From Fidelibacterota bacterium (GTDB taxonomy: Bacteria; Fidelibacterota; Marinisomatia; SCGC-AAA003-L08; JACNLC01): a stretch of DNA of 64,000 nucleotides. Position 1 is the first letter of the stretch. Every line of letters begins with the position of its first letter. A model generated the notes under the pieces. It was not told where the DNA came from. It saw nothing but the letters and a program-made list of their open reading frames with translations, and searched no databases. A program made the translations under genes and the position numbers. The DNA lies in assembly GCA_018657495.1 (NCBI GenBank), contig JABHXA010000004.1:83086-147085 (forward strand), given 5' to 3'. Of the stretch, positions 35,985-46,012 are shown piece after piece.

Positions 35985-36607
35985 AATCAGATGTATTTGT
36001 GGGAGTAGCCGGTAATATTGGTGTGGGTAAAACAACCTTCACAAAAAATATAGCCAAACATTTTGGCTGGGAAGCATTTTTTGAATCAGTTGTGGATAAT
36101 CCATACTTGAGTGATTTTTATGACAACATGAAGCGATGGTCATTTAATTTACAAATCTACTTTTTACATCATCGTTTTCAGACCCATATCGAAATGTCAA
36201 ATACGCAAACAGGGGCAATACAGGATAGAACCATTTATGAGGATGTTGAAATATTCGCTAAAAATCTTCATAAATTAAAATTTATGTCTGAAAGGGATTG
36301 GGATACGTATCAGCATTTATTCGAAAATATGACATCATTCCTCAGAAAACCGGATGTGATAATTTATCTTAAAGCAACAACCGACACCTTACTAACAAGG
36401 ATAAAAAATCGCAGTCGGGATTTTGAAAGTGATATCGATCCGGAATACCTCCACACCTTAAATATTTCGTATGATCGGTGGATAAAAAGTATCACTGATA
36501 TACCTGTAATGGTTATTCCAACTGATACATTCAATATTTTTACAGATAAGGATACATTGCAGGAAATTTATAAAGAAATTGAGAGCAGACTCACAATCAC
36601 AGAATGA
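35981..36607 (+). CDS. Deoxynucleoside kinase
   Basis: The P-loop VAGNIGVGKTTF is present, along with dNK-type FFESV..NPYL..FY and DRTIYED motifs. Confidence 0.8.
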   Translation: MKSDVFVGVAGNIGVGKTTFTKNIAKHFGWEAFFESVVDNPYLSDFYDNMKRWSFNLQIYFLHHRFQTHIEMSNTQTGAIQDRTIYEDVEIFAKNLHKLKFMSERDWDTYQHLFENMTSFLRKPDVIIYLKATTDTLLTRIKNRSRDFESDIDPEYLHTLNISYDRWIKSITDIPVMVIPTDTFNIFTDKDTLQEIYKEIESRLTITE

Positions 36608-37230
36608 CAATTACAAAAAATATTACTGTATTTGCATCCGGGGGAGGATCAAACTTCATTGCGATTCATAAGGAAATACTTTCTAATAATATCTCCGGCA
36701 ATATTCAGTTGTTGATAAGTAATAACCCAGGCTGCGGGGCAGTTGCCTACGCCAATGAATCAGGTGTCAGAACAATGGTGATCAATAAAATAAGGTATCC
36801 ATCAACCCAGGATTTAATAAATGTGATGATCAGGGAATTAGAAAAAGTAAAAACTGAGCTCATCATTTTAGCAGGATATATGAAATTGATTCCAAATGAA
36901 GTTATTAAAAAGTATAAAGATAGAATTCTCAACATTCATCCGGCACTGCTGCCGTCATTTGGCGGCAAGGGCTATTACGGGAAATTGGTTCATAGGGCAG
37001 TTATTGAATCTGGAGTAAAAACATCAGGAGTTACGGTTCATTTGGTTGATGAGGTCTATGATCATGGTAAAATTATTCAGCAGGTCACAGTCCCTGTTGA
37101 GAAGAGTGATACTGAAGAGATTTTAGCCTCACGCGTTCTAAAAGCAGAGCATAAGTTATATCCAATAGTAGTGAAGGCATTTTGCGAAGATAGAATTGAA
37201 TGGGTAAATAATATTCCATGGATAATATAA
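36604..37230 (+). CDS. purN: Phosphoribosylglycinamide formyltransferase
   Basis: Motifs VFASGGGSNF, NIHPALLPSFGG and SGVTVHLVDEVYDHG are present. Confidence 0.9.
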   Translation: MTITKNITVFASGGGSNFIAIHKEILSNNISGNIQLLISNNPGCGAVAYANESGVRTMVINKIRYPSTQDLINVMIRELEKVKTELIILAGYMKLIPNEVIKKYKDRILNIHPALLPSFGGKGYYGKLVHRAVIESGVKTSGVTVHLVDEVYDHGKIIQQVTVPVEKSDTEEILASRVLKAEHKLYPIVVKAFCEDRIEWVNNIPWII

Positions 37231-37249
37231 ATTTGGAGAATATGAATAT

Positions 37250-38779
37250 ATGATTAAAAGAGCATTAATAAGTGTCTGGTTCAAAGATGGTATTGTTGAA
37301 CTGGCAAATTTCCTCAATGAAAAAGGTGTTGAGATAGTTTCTACAGGCGGCACCCAGAAAAAACTCGAAGAGGCTGGAATTCCAGTTACACCGATCTCAC
37401 AGATTACCGGTTTGAACTCAGTTATGGATGGGCGAGTGAAAACACTGGATCCAAAGATATTTGGCGGCATACTTGCCGATCGGAATAATGTATCCCATAT
37501 GACAGATCTGACAAGTATAGGTGGATTACAAATCGATCTGATAATTGTCAATTTCTATCCCTTTGTTCAAGAAGCTGTGGATAAAAAACTTGAATTCAAA
37601 AAAGCCATTGAATATATTGACATTGGTGGGCCATCTATGATTCGGGCAGCAGCAAAAAATTATCATTCGGTTATACCGTTGTGCGACCCGTCACTATATA
37701 CAGATTTCATAAAACAATTTAATAAAAATGATGGGACTATTCCTCTCGAAATAAGAGAAAAATATGTTCAAGCAGTTTTTAAAATGACTTCTGAATATGA
37801 GTCAGCAATTTATTCATTCTTTTCCAACTCTGCTATGGAGCTTCAGGAAAACTTTTCAGTAGAAACAAAAAAACAACAGGATATGAGATATGGTGAAAAT
37901 CCTCATCAGAAAGCTGGATTTTTTATTTCCAAGGGAAAATCACTGCCTTGGTTTCAGCATCAGGGAAAAGATCTATCATATAATAATTATGCCGACTTGG
38001 AATCTGCTATAAACATTTCACGTGAATTCTCAGAACCTGCATGCACAATCATCAAACATGCAAATCCATGTGGTTTTGGACTCGGAACGGATAATCTGCA
38101 AGCCTATCAACGAGCTGTCTCAACCGATCCAGTCAGCTATTTTGGCGGTATTGTTGGATTTAATACAATCGTCACAGAGGGTCTGGCTGAATTGCTGGTT
38201 AAACCATTTCTGGAATGTATTGTCGCACCGGAATTTTCACCGGCAGCGCTAAAGATATTCAAAAAGAAAAAGAATCTCAGGGTGATAGAATTGAATAGTG
38301 AATATGAACCAGATTGTCAGGTGATAAAATCTGTTGCTGGTGGATTTTTAATTCAGGATAGGGATTCAGATCAGGGTGAAATTGAAGAATTAAATATTGT
38401 TACCAAACTGAAGCCAACAGACACTCAGATCGCTGCATTAAAACTTGGCTGGAAGCTGGTTCGTTATGTCAAGTCAAATGCTATTGTATTTGCCAATGAA
38501 AATCAGCTGCTAGGAGTTGGTGCTGGCCAGATGTCGCGGGTAGATTCAGTTAAAATCGCTATTCGTAAGTCTGGTGAAGCAGGGTTAAATTTAAGTGGGT
38601 CAATTCTAGCGTCAGATGCATTTTTCCCCTTTCCTGATAGTATAGAGCTCGCTGCCGAAACAGGGGCCTCAGCGATTATACAGCCAGGAGGATCCATCAA
38701 AGATGGTGAGGTGGTTAAAAAAGCAGATGAATTGAACCTATCGATGGTAATGACCGGAACCCGGCATTTTTATCATTAA
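37250..38779 (+). CDS. purH: Bifunctional AICAR transformylase / IMP cyclohydrolase
   Basis: The MGS-like N-terminus reads ALISVWFKDGIVELA...STGGT. RYGENPHQ is present and the length is 509 aa. Confidence 0.95.
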   Translation: MIKRALISVWFKDGIVELANFLNEKGVEIVSTGGTQKKLEEAGIPVTPISQITGLNSVMDGRVKTLDPKIFGGILADRNNVSHMTDLTSIGGLQIDLIIVNFYPFVQEAVDKKLEFKKAIEYIDIGGPSMIRAAAKNYHSVIPLCDPSLYTDFIKQFNKNDGTIPLEIREKYVQAVFKMTSEYESAIYSFFSNSAMELQENFSVETKKQQDMRYGENPHQKAGFFISKGKSLPWFQHQGKDLSYNNYADLESAINISREFSEPACTIIKHANPCGFGLGTDNLQAYQRAVSTDPVSYFGGIVGFNTIVTEGLAELLVKPFLECIVAPEFSPAALKIFKKKKNLRVIELNSEYEPDCQVIKSVAGGFLIQDRDSDQGEIEELNIVTKLKPTDTQIAALKLGWKLVRYVKSNAIVFANENQLLGVGAGQMSRVDSVKIAIRKSGEAGLNLSGSILASDAFFPFPDSIELAAETGASAIIQPGGSIKDGEVVKKADELNLSMVMTGTRHFYH

Positions 38780-38811
38780 TTATTGGCCAATCATTATTAC
38801 AGGTATAAAAT

Positions 38812-39831
38812 ATGTCTAAACTGTTAAATCTTTCAAATCTCGTATCAGGAGATATTGCAATTGACCTCGGTACAGCCAATACACTGATCTGGATAAAAGG
38901 AAAAGGAATTTGCGTAAACGAACCATCAGTCGTCGCCGTTAGTGTCATTGATGATAAGGTTATCGCTGTCGGCAATGAAGCAAATGCCATGGTGGGGAAA
39001 ACGCATAATGATATAAAAACAGTCCGTCCATTGAAAGACGGTGTGATCGCCGATTTCAAAATGACTGATGGCATGATACAGGGATTTGTCAGGAAAATTA
39101 ATATCAGTAGGATTGCCAGACCGAGGATGGTCATATGTATCCCGTCCGGGGTAACCGATGTGGAAAGAAGGGCTGTCCGTGAATCTGCAGAACGTGCTAA
39201 CGCAAGTGAAGTGTATCTCGTCGAGGAACCAATGGCTGCGGCAATCGGTATCGGGATTGATATAAGTCTGCCAAAAGGCAATATGATTGTTGATATTGGT
39301 GGAGGTACAACAGAAATCGCTGTCATATCTCTCAATGGGATTGTCGTAATACAGGCAATCAGGATTGCCGGTGATGAGCAGGATGAAGCCATCATCAGCT
39401 GGTTTAAAAATGAACATAAGCTGGAAATCGGCCAACGAACCTCAGAGAAAATAAAGTGTAATGTTGGATCGGCTATCAGAAGTAAAGGTACAACTATTGC
39501 CGTTAAAGGAAGAGATCTTGTTTCCGGAATTCCAAAAACGATAGAAGTTTCATCAGACGAAATCAGGCAGGCACTGGCTGATACAATTCATCAAATACAG
39601 ACTGCCGTAAAAAAAGCTCTTGAAAATACCCCTCCTGAACTTGCATCTGATATCATTGAGTATGGGATTATCCTTACTGGAGGTGGTGCAAAATTAAAAG
39701 GTTTAGATCAACATATCAGGAATAAAACCGGTCTTCCTGTACATGTATCTGAAGAACCGCTGCTTTCGGTGGTTAAAGGTACAGGGATGATCCTCGAAGA
39801 CATCAAGAAATATCAGGATATCTTGATTTGA
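38812..39831 (+). CDS. mreB: Rod shape-determining actin homologue
   Basis: IAIDLGTANTLI, EPMAAAIG and IVDIGGGTTEIAV are present. Confidence 0.95.
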   Translation: MSKLLNLSNLVSGDIAIDLGTANTLIWIKGKGICVNEPSVVAVSVIDDKVIAVGNEANAMVGKTHNDIKTVRPLKDGVIADFKMTDGMIQGFVRKINISRIARPRMVICIPSGVTDVERRAVRESAERANASEVYLVEEPMAAAIGIGIDISLPKGNMIVDIGGGTTEIAVISLNGIVVIQAIRIAGDEQDEAIISWFKNEHKLEIGQRTSEKIKCNVGSAIRSKGTTIAVKGRDLVSGIPKTIEVSSDEIRQALADTIHQIQTAVKKALENTPPELASDIIEYGIILTGGGAKLKGLDQHIRNKTGLPVHVSEEPLLSVVKGTGMILEDIKKYQDILI

Positions 39832-40087
39832 TTTTTGAACATCAGCGAAATTTATAATATTGCGCTGAGCTTTCTGCGTATTGATGTTTAGGATACATCG
39901 ATCTTATCTAATACCCTTAATCACAGCGTGATGATATGCCAGGTTTGTTCATAATTTATTAAGGAAAGAATCTTTTGAACATCTTATTTCTTAAGCAATC
40001 AACAAGCGATTTTATATTTAACTTTTTAATATTATTTTCTATTTTCTCATTGATTAAAACTCACTCAAGTTAGATTACTCAGAAAGA

Positions 40088-40864
40088 ATGCTGATTTTAA
40101 AAAAAATATATAACTACAAAGAAATTGTTGCAATTATCACAACATCATTTCTTTCGTTGATATTGTTTTTTAATGCACAATCCCCAAGGGTATCCGCGGT
40201 AAAGGCGGATATCGCCGATATAGTTACATTTATCTCAACACCAAAAACCTGGTATCAAGATTTACTGACAGTAAGAAAAGAAAATCAAATACTGAAGGAA
40301 TCTCTCGTTCAAATGCAGCTTTTGAATGCTAGGCTTTTCCATCATAAAAATGAAAATATCGCTTTAAAGGGAATGCTGCAATTCTCAGAACAATCCCCCC
40401 TTTCACTTAAACCCTGTGCTGTCGTCGATTTGGAGCTAACATCCTCAATACAGTCAATTATTGTGGACGTCGGTTCAAATGATTTTATTTTAAAAGAGCT
40501 TGGTGTCCTTGATATGAAAGGTCTTATTGGGAAAATAATCTCTGTGGGAAATAATGCTAGTTTTGTTCAATTAATATCTGATAAGAATTATCGGGTTTCT
40601 ATTCGTGTGGGAGAAGAAAGAACATTGGGAATATTTCTGCCTACACATGGAAAATTCGGAATATTGGAGGGGATACAGGAGAGCATCCATATTGAACCAG
40701 GTGACATTGCCTACACTTCAGGAATCTCCGATATTTATCCCATGGACATTCCAGTTGCCAGGGTTCTGACAACATTGAATAACTCAGAAAGTGGTTTTCA
40801 GGAAGTCAGTGTTGAGATTATCGCTGATATATATAACTTAAATTATGTTTTCATTATCCAATGA
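40088..40864 (+). CDS. mreC: Rod shape-determining protein MreC
   Basis: It has an N-terminal TM helix, a coiled-coil (LTVRKENQILKESLVQMQLLN), beta-rich C-terminal domains, and a position between mreB and mreD. Confidence 0.75.
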   Translation: MLILKKIYNYKEIVAIITTSFLSLILFFNAQSPRVSAVKADIADIVTFISTPKTWYQDLLTVRKENQILKESLVQMQLLNARLFHHKNENIALKGMLQFSEQSPLSLKPCAVVDLELTSSIQSIIVDVGSNDFILKELGVLDMKGLIGKIISVGNNASFVQLISDKNYRVSIRVGEERTLGIFLPTHGKFGILEGIQESIHIEPGDIAYTSGISDIYPMDIPVARVLTTLNNSESGFQEVSVEIIADIYNLNYVFIIQ

Positions 40865-41346
40865 ATATTAAAAAAATTCTGTTTTTCAGTCTGGTATTTA
40901 TAGCTGTGGTTATAATCCAGGCCTTATTGCCGAATATTATTGTTGTTCATCACCCGGTAAAATTGGACTTGTTTTTGCTTTATCTAACCGTGATTGCCCT
41001 AATGTATAACCAGCTATCGGCAATATTAATTGGATTTTTTATGGGATTAATCCAGGATATTTCAACACAGTCTTATATGCTTGGGGCATTTGCTTTCATG
41101 AAATCGCTCACCGGTTATTTACTGGGGGGTATAAATAACTTTAAACAAATATGGAACAGAAAAATTCGATACCTATTCGTTTTTGGATGTTACATTATTC
41201 ATTTTACAGTTTATCACTATATTTATCTTACAAGAAATCAGGAGTCGATGATAATCGGTATTAAACTGGTATTGATTCATTCTTTGATAAATATGCTGGT
41301 GCTCTGGTTTATAGATAAATTTATTTATCAATCAAAGCTAGTTTAA
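40861..41346 (+). CDS. mreD: Rod shape-determining protein MreD
   Basis: It is a 161-aa polytopic membrane protein whose start overlaps the mreC stop, in the conserved position. Confidence 0.7.
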   Translation: MNIKKILFFSLVFIAVVIIQALLPNIIVVHHPVKLDLFLLYLTVIALMYNQLSAILIGFFMGLIQDISTQSYMLGAFAFMKSLTGYLLGGINNFKQIWNRKIRYLFVFGCYIIHFTVYHYIYLTRNQESMIIGIKLVLIHSLINMLVLWFIDKFIYQSKLV

Positions 41347-41348
41347 TA

Positions 41349-43115
41349 ATGCGTCATTATCAGCTCATTCCTCTGCATCGAAAAAATATGATGTTGATCA
41401 TAATAAGTATCTTTATGCTTATTTTGGTATCTCGACTATACAGCCTTCAGATAAAGAATTATCAAAAATATCAAAGCAAGGCAAATGCCAATAGCATTCG
41501 TAAAATTCGATTAACTGCTTCACGAGGCGTGATTTACGATCGATTTGGCAGTAGATTGACAGATAATCGTCCTACTTATGATTTGAATGTTATTCCGGTG
41601 GATGTAAATGATCAATTCAATTATAATCTTCTTTCAGGAGTAATTAATAAATCCGAAAACGAAATAAAAACTGAAATTGAAAAACTCAAAAGAGGAATCG
41701 GGAGATTTCGACCACATCTATTAAAAAGACATGTGAATTTTGAAGATATGTCTCGCCTTGAGGAGTATAAATTGGATCTCCCCGGTGTAATGTTTAGTGA
41801 AATGCCGGCAAGAATATATCCTGATTCAGCGAAATTAAGCCATGCCCTTGGATATATGAGATCCATCACTGAGGAAATGATAACTGCTGCCGATCCCGAA
41901 TTAAATTATAGCTTTGACGAAGTTTATGGTGCTTCTGGACTGGAAAGAGTATATGAATCAGACTTGCGTGGAGAAAATGGCATTGAATTTCACCGAGTGG
42001 ATATTTACAATCGTGATCATGGTGTACTGCATAATGAAGAAAGATTCCCTCCCGTTCCCGGCAATCCGCTATACACAACGATAAATTCCCGTTTACAGCA
42101 ATTAACTGAATCCTTGATTTCAGAATATCGTGGAGCAGTTGTTGCAATGGATCCGGATAATGGCGAAGTACTGGTTTTCGCAAGTGCGCCGGATTATTCT
42201 CTTGATTCTTTTGTTGGTCCTATACCTATTGATATTTGGTCAGGCTGGAATACGGATGAAAATAAACCACTGGTCAATCGCGGAATAAACGGTTTATATC
42301 CTCCCGGTTCGACATTTAAGCTGGTAGCTGCCGCTCTCATAATGGAATCGGAAATGATTAATCCGTATTATAAAGTAAATTGCACAGGAAGTTATACACT
42401 CGGGGATCGAATATTCCACTGTTGGAATCTTGCCGGGCATGGCCAGGTAAATCTTAAATCTGCTATCAAGTACTCATGCAATGTCTATTTCTACCAGGTA
42501 ATTCAAGGACTTATTTTTGCCGAGTGGAGTAATATGGCCACAGATTTTGGATTTGGAAGTGTCACTGGAATTGATCTTCCATTTGAATCTGAAGGACTTG
42601 TTCCTACCAAAGCTTATCTAAATGAAAAATATACCAGTAGGGGTTGGTCAACTGGAAATCTCCTCACCTTTGTCATTGGGCAGGGAGATGTTCTCGCCAC
42701 CCCAATCCAGGTTTGCCAAATGATGAATCTGATTGCTTCAAACGGGGCAACAGCAAAACCACATTTTAATCTCAATGCAGAACTAGTTCCGTTTAAGATT
42801 AATTTAAAACCAAAAACATGGGATTTCCTTCAGGCAGCAATAAACGATGTAGTTAATGGCGAAGCAGGAACTGGCAAAAATGTCAAAATTGAGAATGGGG
42901 GAATCGTTTATGGAAAAACAGGCACATCCCAGAATCCCCATGGGGAAGATCATTCCTCTTTTGTTGGGTATATTGTAACCGATGATAATCGAAAGATGAC
43001 CCTTTATGTCATAATAGAAAATGGTGGAAAAGGATCTGGAATTGCCTCGGAAATAGCCAAACAAATATTCCAGGGATTTATTGATCAGCAGGACGAGGTA
43101 TCAGGTATTGATTAA
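41349..43115 (+). CDS. mrdA: Penicillin-binding protein 2 (elongasome transpeptidase)
   Basis: It has an N-terminal TM anchor and the motifs SxxK (GSTFK), SxN (YSCN) and KTG (GKTGTS). Confidence 0.9.
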   Translation: MRHYQLIPLHRKNMMLIIISIFMLILVSRLYSLQIKNYQKYQSKANANSIRKIRLTASRGVIYDRFGSRLTDNRPTYDLNVIPVDVNDQFNYNLLSGVINKSENEIKTEIEKLKRGIGRFRPHLLKRHVNFEDMSRLEEYKLDLPGVMFSEMPARIYPDSAKLSHALGYMRSITEEMITAADPELNYSFDEVYGASGLERVYESDLRGENGIEFHRVDIYNRDHGVLHNEERFPPVPGNPLYTTINSRLQQLTESLISEYRGAVVAMDPDNGEVLVFASAPDYSLDSFVGPIPIDIWSGWNTDENKPLVNRGINGLYPPGSTFKLVAAALIMESEMINPYYKVNCTGSYTLGDRIFHCWNLAGHGQVNLKSAIKYSCNVYFYQVIQGLIFAEWSNMATDFGFGSVTGIDLPFESEGLVPTKAYLNEKYTSRGWSTGNLLTFVIGQGDVLATPIQVCQMMNLIASNGATAKPHFNLNAELVPFKINLKPKTWDFLQAAINDVVNGEAGTGKNVKIENGGIVYGKTGTSQNPHGEDHSSFVGYIVTDDNRKMTLYVIIENGGKGSGIASEIAKQIFQGFIDQQDEVSGID

Positions 43116-44331
43116 AAAATTATTTATAATACCGCCGTCATTGAAGTTATACTGGAGGATAATACTTCCAGTAATATTCCTTTGTGTTGTTAGTTTATTT
43201 TTATTAAAAAGTACGAGTAATCAGGCTGCATTTTTCAATTCTACATTGTTTCGGCAAATGATCTGGATTCTCGCTGGCGCAATAGGTATAGTTATCATTC
43301 AATATTTAAGGATTCAGCTGTTTTATGAATTTGGATATTTCTTTTATGGATTCTTGATATTTCTATTAATTCTGACAATGTTTATGCCGACTATTTCAGG
43401 GGCGAAAAGGTGGATAATGCTGGGACCTATAAACTTTCAACCTTCCGAGATTGGTAAAATTATTGTCATTTTTGTTCTTGCTAAATTCTTATCAGATCGT
43501 CGTGAAATACAAAATTCATGGATGGTCATTTTAATATCGATAACTCTTGCCCTGGTGCCGGCCTTATTAGTATTTAAACAACCAGATCTGGGGACTGCAA
43601 TAGTCTATTTAGCGGTAACAATTCCAATGTTATACTGGGTTGGTGTCAAACCATTCTATTTATTTATTGTTATCGCTCCAATTGTGAGTATACTGGCGGC
43701 GTCAAACCTTATTTCATTTTATATATGGATCATCATTATCCTCATCACCCTGTTTATCATCCGGCCAAAACTGAAATACGGCATATTAATTCTGGTAATG
43801 AATATTTCATTTGGTACACTTACATCTTTTATATGGAGCAATCTTTATCCGCATCAGAGAGAACGGGTACTAACATTTCTTGACCCCATGAAAGACCCTC
43901 ACGGGGCAGGATATCAGATCATCCAGTCAATGACGGCTATTGGTTCAGGAGGACTTACCGGAAAGGGTTTTGGGCTTGGGACTCAAACCCATTTGAGATT
44001 TCTCCCAGTTCGGGATACTGACTTTATCCTATCAGTTGCAGGTGAAGAATTTGGATTTCTTGGGATCTTACTGATATTAGGATTATTTCTTTCATTATTT
44101 TTTTGGATGATAACGTATGCCCAAAAAATAACAAATAAATTTGCCAGCTTATCCATCATTGGTTTTGCATCCCTTTTATTTGTTCATCTATTTATAAATC
44201 TGTCTATGACAATTGGTATATTCCCTGTCACCGGTCTTCCGGCACCATTTATAAGTTATGGCGGTACCTTTCTACTTACCTGTCTTTGTATTATCGGTAT
44301 CACAAATAATATCATATCGCAAAACATCTGA
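43081..44331 (+). CDS. rodA: SEDS-family peptidoglycan polymerase RodA
   Basis: It is polytopic, with NFQPSEIGKI, the periplasmic loop PHGAGYQIIQS..AIGSGG..GKG and a C-terminal PFISYGG. The TTG start overlaps mrdA by 35 nt and may lie further downstream. Confidence 0.85.
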   Translation: MISRTRYQVLIKKLFIIPPSLKLYWRIILPVIFLCVVSLFLLKSTSNQAAFFNSTLFRQMIWILAGAIGIVIIQYLRIQLFYEFGYFFYGFLIFLLILTMFMPTISGAKRWIMLGPINFQPSEIGKIIVIFVLAKFLSDRREIQNSWMVILISITLALVPALLVFKQPDLGTAIVYLAVTIPMLYWVGVKPFYLFIVIAPIVSILAASNLISFYIWIIIILITLFIIRPKLKYGILILVMNISFGTLTSFIWSNLYPHQRERVLTFLDPMKDPHGAGYQIIQSMTAIGSGGLTGKGFGLGTQTHLRFLPVRDTDFILSVAGEEFGFLGILLILGLFLSLFFWMITYAQKITNKFASLSIIGFASLLFVHLFINLSMTIGIFPVTGLPAPFISYGGTFLLTCLCIIGITNNIISQNI

Positions 44332-44443
44332 TCTAACCTAAGACGTTGGAAACACCTGAATAAGTTCACTAAATTAACATGCTGTATCTGTTTCATTTTT
44401 TATTGTTAAAAGTACGATTATAATTAAACCAACTAATTCAAGA

Positions 44444-45163
44444 ATGATTAAAATAACTGTAGTATTAATGATTTGCGCTTTCATGACTGTGAATTGCTCA
44501 AACCCACCAATTATTGAACCCGAGTTGAGTTCTGATATGGAATCTTTTGTTTCTAATGATTCCATACCGGCAATCCACCTGGAATCCGAGATATTGGATG
44601 ATGCTAATGTCAAACCTGACTATGACAAAAAAATCAGAGTTCTGGAATATAGAACTCGGTATCTCGACAGTGTTTATTTTGAGCTTGCCGGACAGTTTAA
44701 ATCTCTTGAAAAAGAACTGAATGATATAAAATCTCCTGCCAGCAAATATGCTTCAGGATTTTCCGGTTTGAATAACAGTGAACCAATAAATGACGAAGAG
44801 TACAGGGCTAGATATATTGATGCTTTGGCAAATTACCAAAATGGAATTTATGATGTGGCCACAAAAGAGTTCAGCCAACTTATCGCAATAGATCAACATC
44901 ATGAGCTGTCTGATAATTGTCAGTACTGGATCGGTGAAATATATTATGATCAGAAGGAATTCATGAAGGCACTTTCAAGTTTCCAGCAAGTATTGGCTTT
45001 CCCTGGTGCAAACAAATCTGATCATGCGCAATTTAAAATAGGACTTTGCTATATCAATCTTGGTGACACAGATAAAGCAGTTGATGCATTCAAACTACAT
45101 ATGATCAACTACCCTTCCAGCGATCAATATAACTCATCAAAAAAATATGTTGAAAAATACTAA
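44444..45163 (+). CDS. YbgF/CpoB-like TPR protein
   Basis: It has a signal/lipoprotein-like N-terminus, a coiled-coil segment, then YbgF-type TPRs (YIDALANYQNGIYDVATKEFSQLI...NCQYWIGEIYYDQKEF...HAQFKIGLCYINLGDTDKA). Confidence 0.55.
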   Translation: MIKITVVLMICAFMTVNCSNPPIIEPELSSDMESFVSNDSIPAIHLESEILDDANVKPDYDKKIRVLEYRTRYLDSVYFELAGQFKSLEKELNDIKSPASKYASGFSGLNNSEPINDEEYRARYIDALANYQNGIYDVATKEFSQLIAIDQHHELSDNCQYWIGEIYYDQKEFMKALSSFQQVLAFPGANKSDHAQFKIGLCYINLGDTDKAVDAFKLHMINYPSSDQYNSSKKYVEKY

Positions 45164-45174
45164 GTGAGGATTTC

Positions 45175-46002
45175 ATGCCATTAAATTTATACTTTGCTAC
45201 TTCTGAGGTTGCACCCTTTTGCGGAGCATATTCACTGTCAACTTTTTCCAGACGTATTACGACTATTTATAATGAAGATCCGGATCTTAATATTCGGGTG
45301 GTTCATCCCAAATACGGCTTTATTAGCGAAAGAAAATATATTCTCCGTGAGGTAATAAGATTAAAGGATTTACCAATTGAGTTTGACGGCAAGGAAAATA
45401 TTATAAATTTGAAATCTGCATTTATTCCCGAATCTAGAGTACAGGTCTATTTTTTACAATATAATGAGTACTTTAAACCACTCCCTGAATTATTATATAA
45501 AGCACGTAATGGAAGAGTATATAAAGATAACGACGAAAAATTCTCATTCTTTTCAAAAGTGGCATTGTCGGCATTGAAAGATTTATTCTGGGCACCTGAT
45601 ATAGTGCTGTGTAACGATTGGCAGACTGCGATGATTCCAGGCCTACTGAACAATAAGTTCAAACAGGATGAATTCTATCAGGAAATGAAAACAGTCTTTT
45701 TGCTGCATAGCTGGAATGATACAAATCGCTATTATTCAAAAGATATTTTTGCCAAATTGAATATGGAACCTCCAACAAATGATAATGTACAGGACATGCT
45801 CAAAATTGCTATGGACAATTCAGATAGCATAATTATAATCGATAATGAGAAAGAAAAAGTGCATGAAAAAGCAATGGCTGATCCTGTGATTAGTAAAATT
45901 CTTGACAATAAAAAACATCATGTTATTCCTGTGCCTGCCAATCCAATTGGGAAATGGTCTGGAATAGCCAAATCAATCAAAACCGTCCTACAGGAAATAT
46001 AA
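45175..46002 (+). CDS. Glycogen-synthase-like N-terminal half-protein lacking the KTGGL motif
   Basis: LYFATSEVAPFCGAYSLSTF aligns to the GlgA start ...SE(V/M)APFxKTGGLADV, but KTGGLADV is replaced. The protein ends at 275 aa without the second GT-B half. Confidence 0.6.
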   Translation: MPLNLYFATSEVAPFCGAYSLSTFSRRITTIYNEDPDLNIRVVHPKYGFISERKYILREVIRLKDLPIEFDGKENIINLKSAFIPESRVQVYFLQYNEYFKPLPELLYKARNGRVYKDNDEKFSFFSKVALSALKDLFWAPDIVLCNDWQTAMIPGLLNNKFKQDEFYQEMKTVFLLHSWNDTNRYYSKDIFAKLNMEPPTNDNVQDMLKIAMDNSDSIIIIDNEKEKVHEKAMADPVISKILDNKKHHVIPVPANPIGKWSGIAKSIKTVLQEI

Positions 46003-46012
46003 CCCACAAAAT

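Noticed and set aside
38715-39435. Minus-strand ORFs of 226 and 169 aa opposite mreB.
   Set aside because: They lie antisense to an unambiguous, highly conserved mreB reading frame, and their translations have no recognisable motif.
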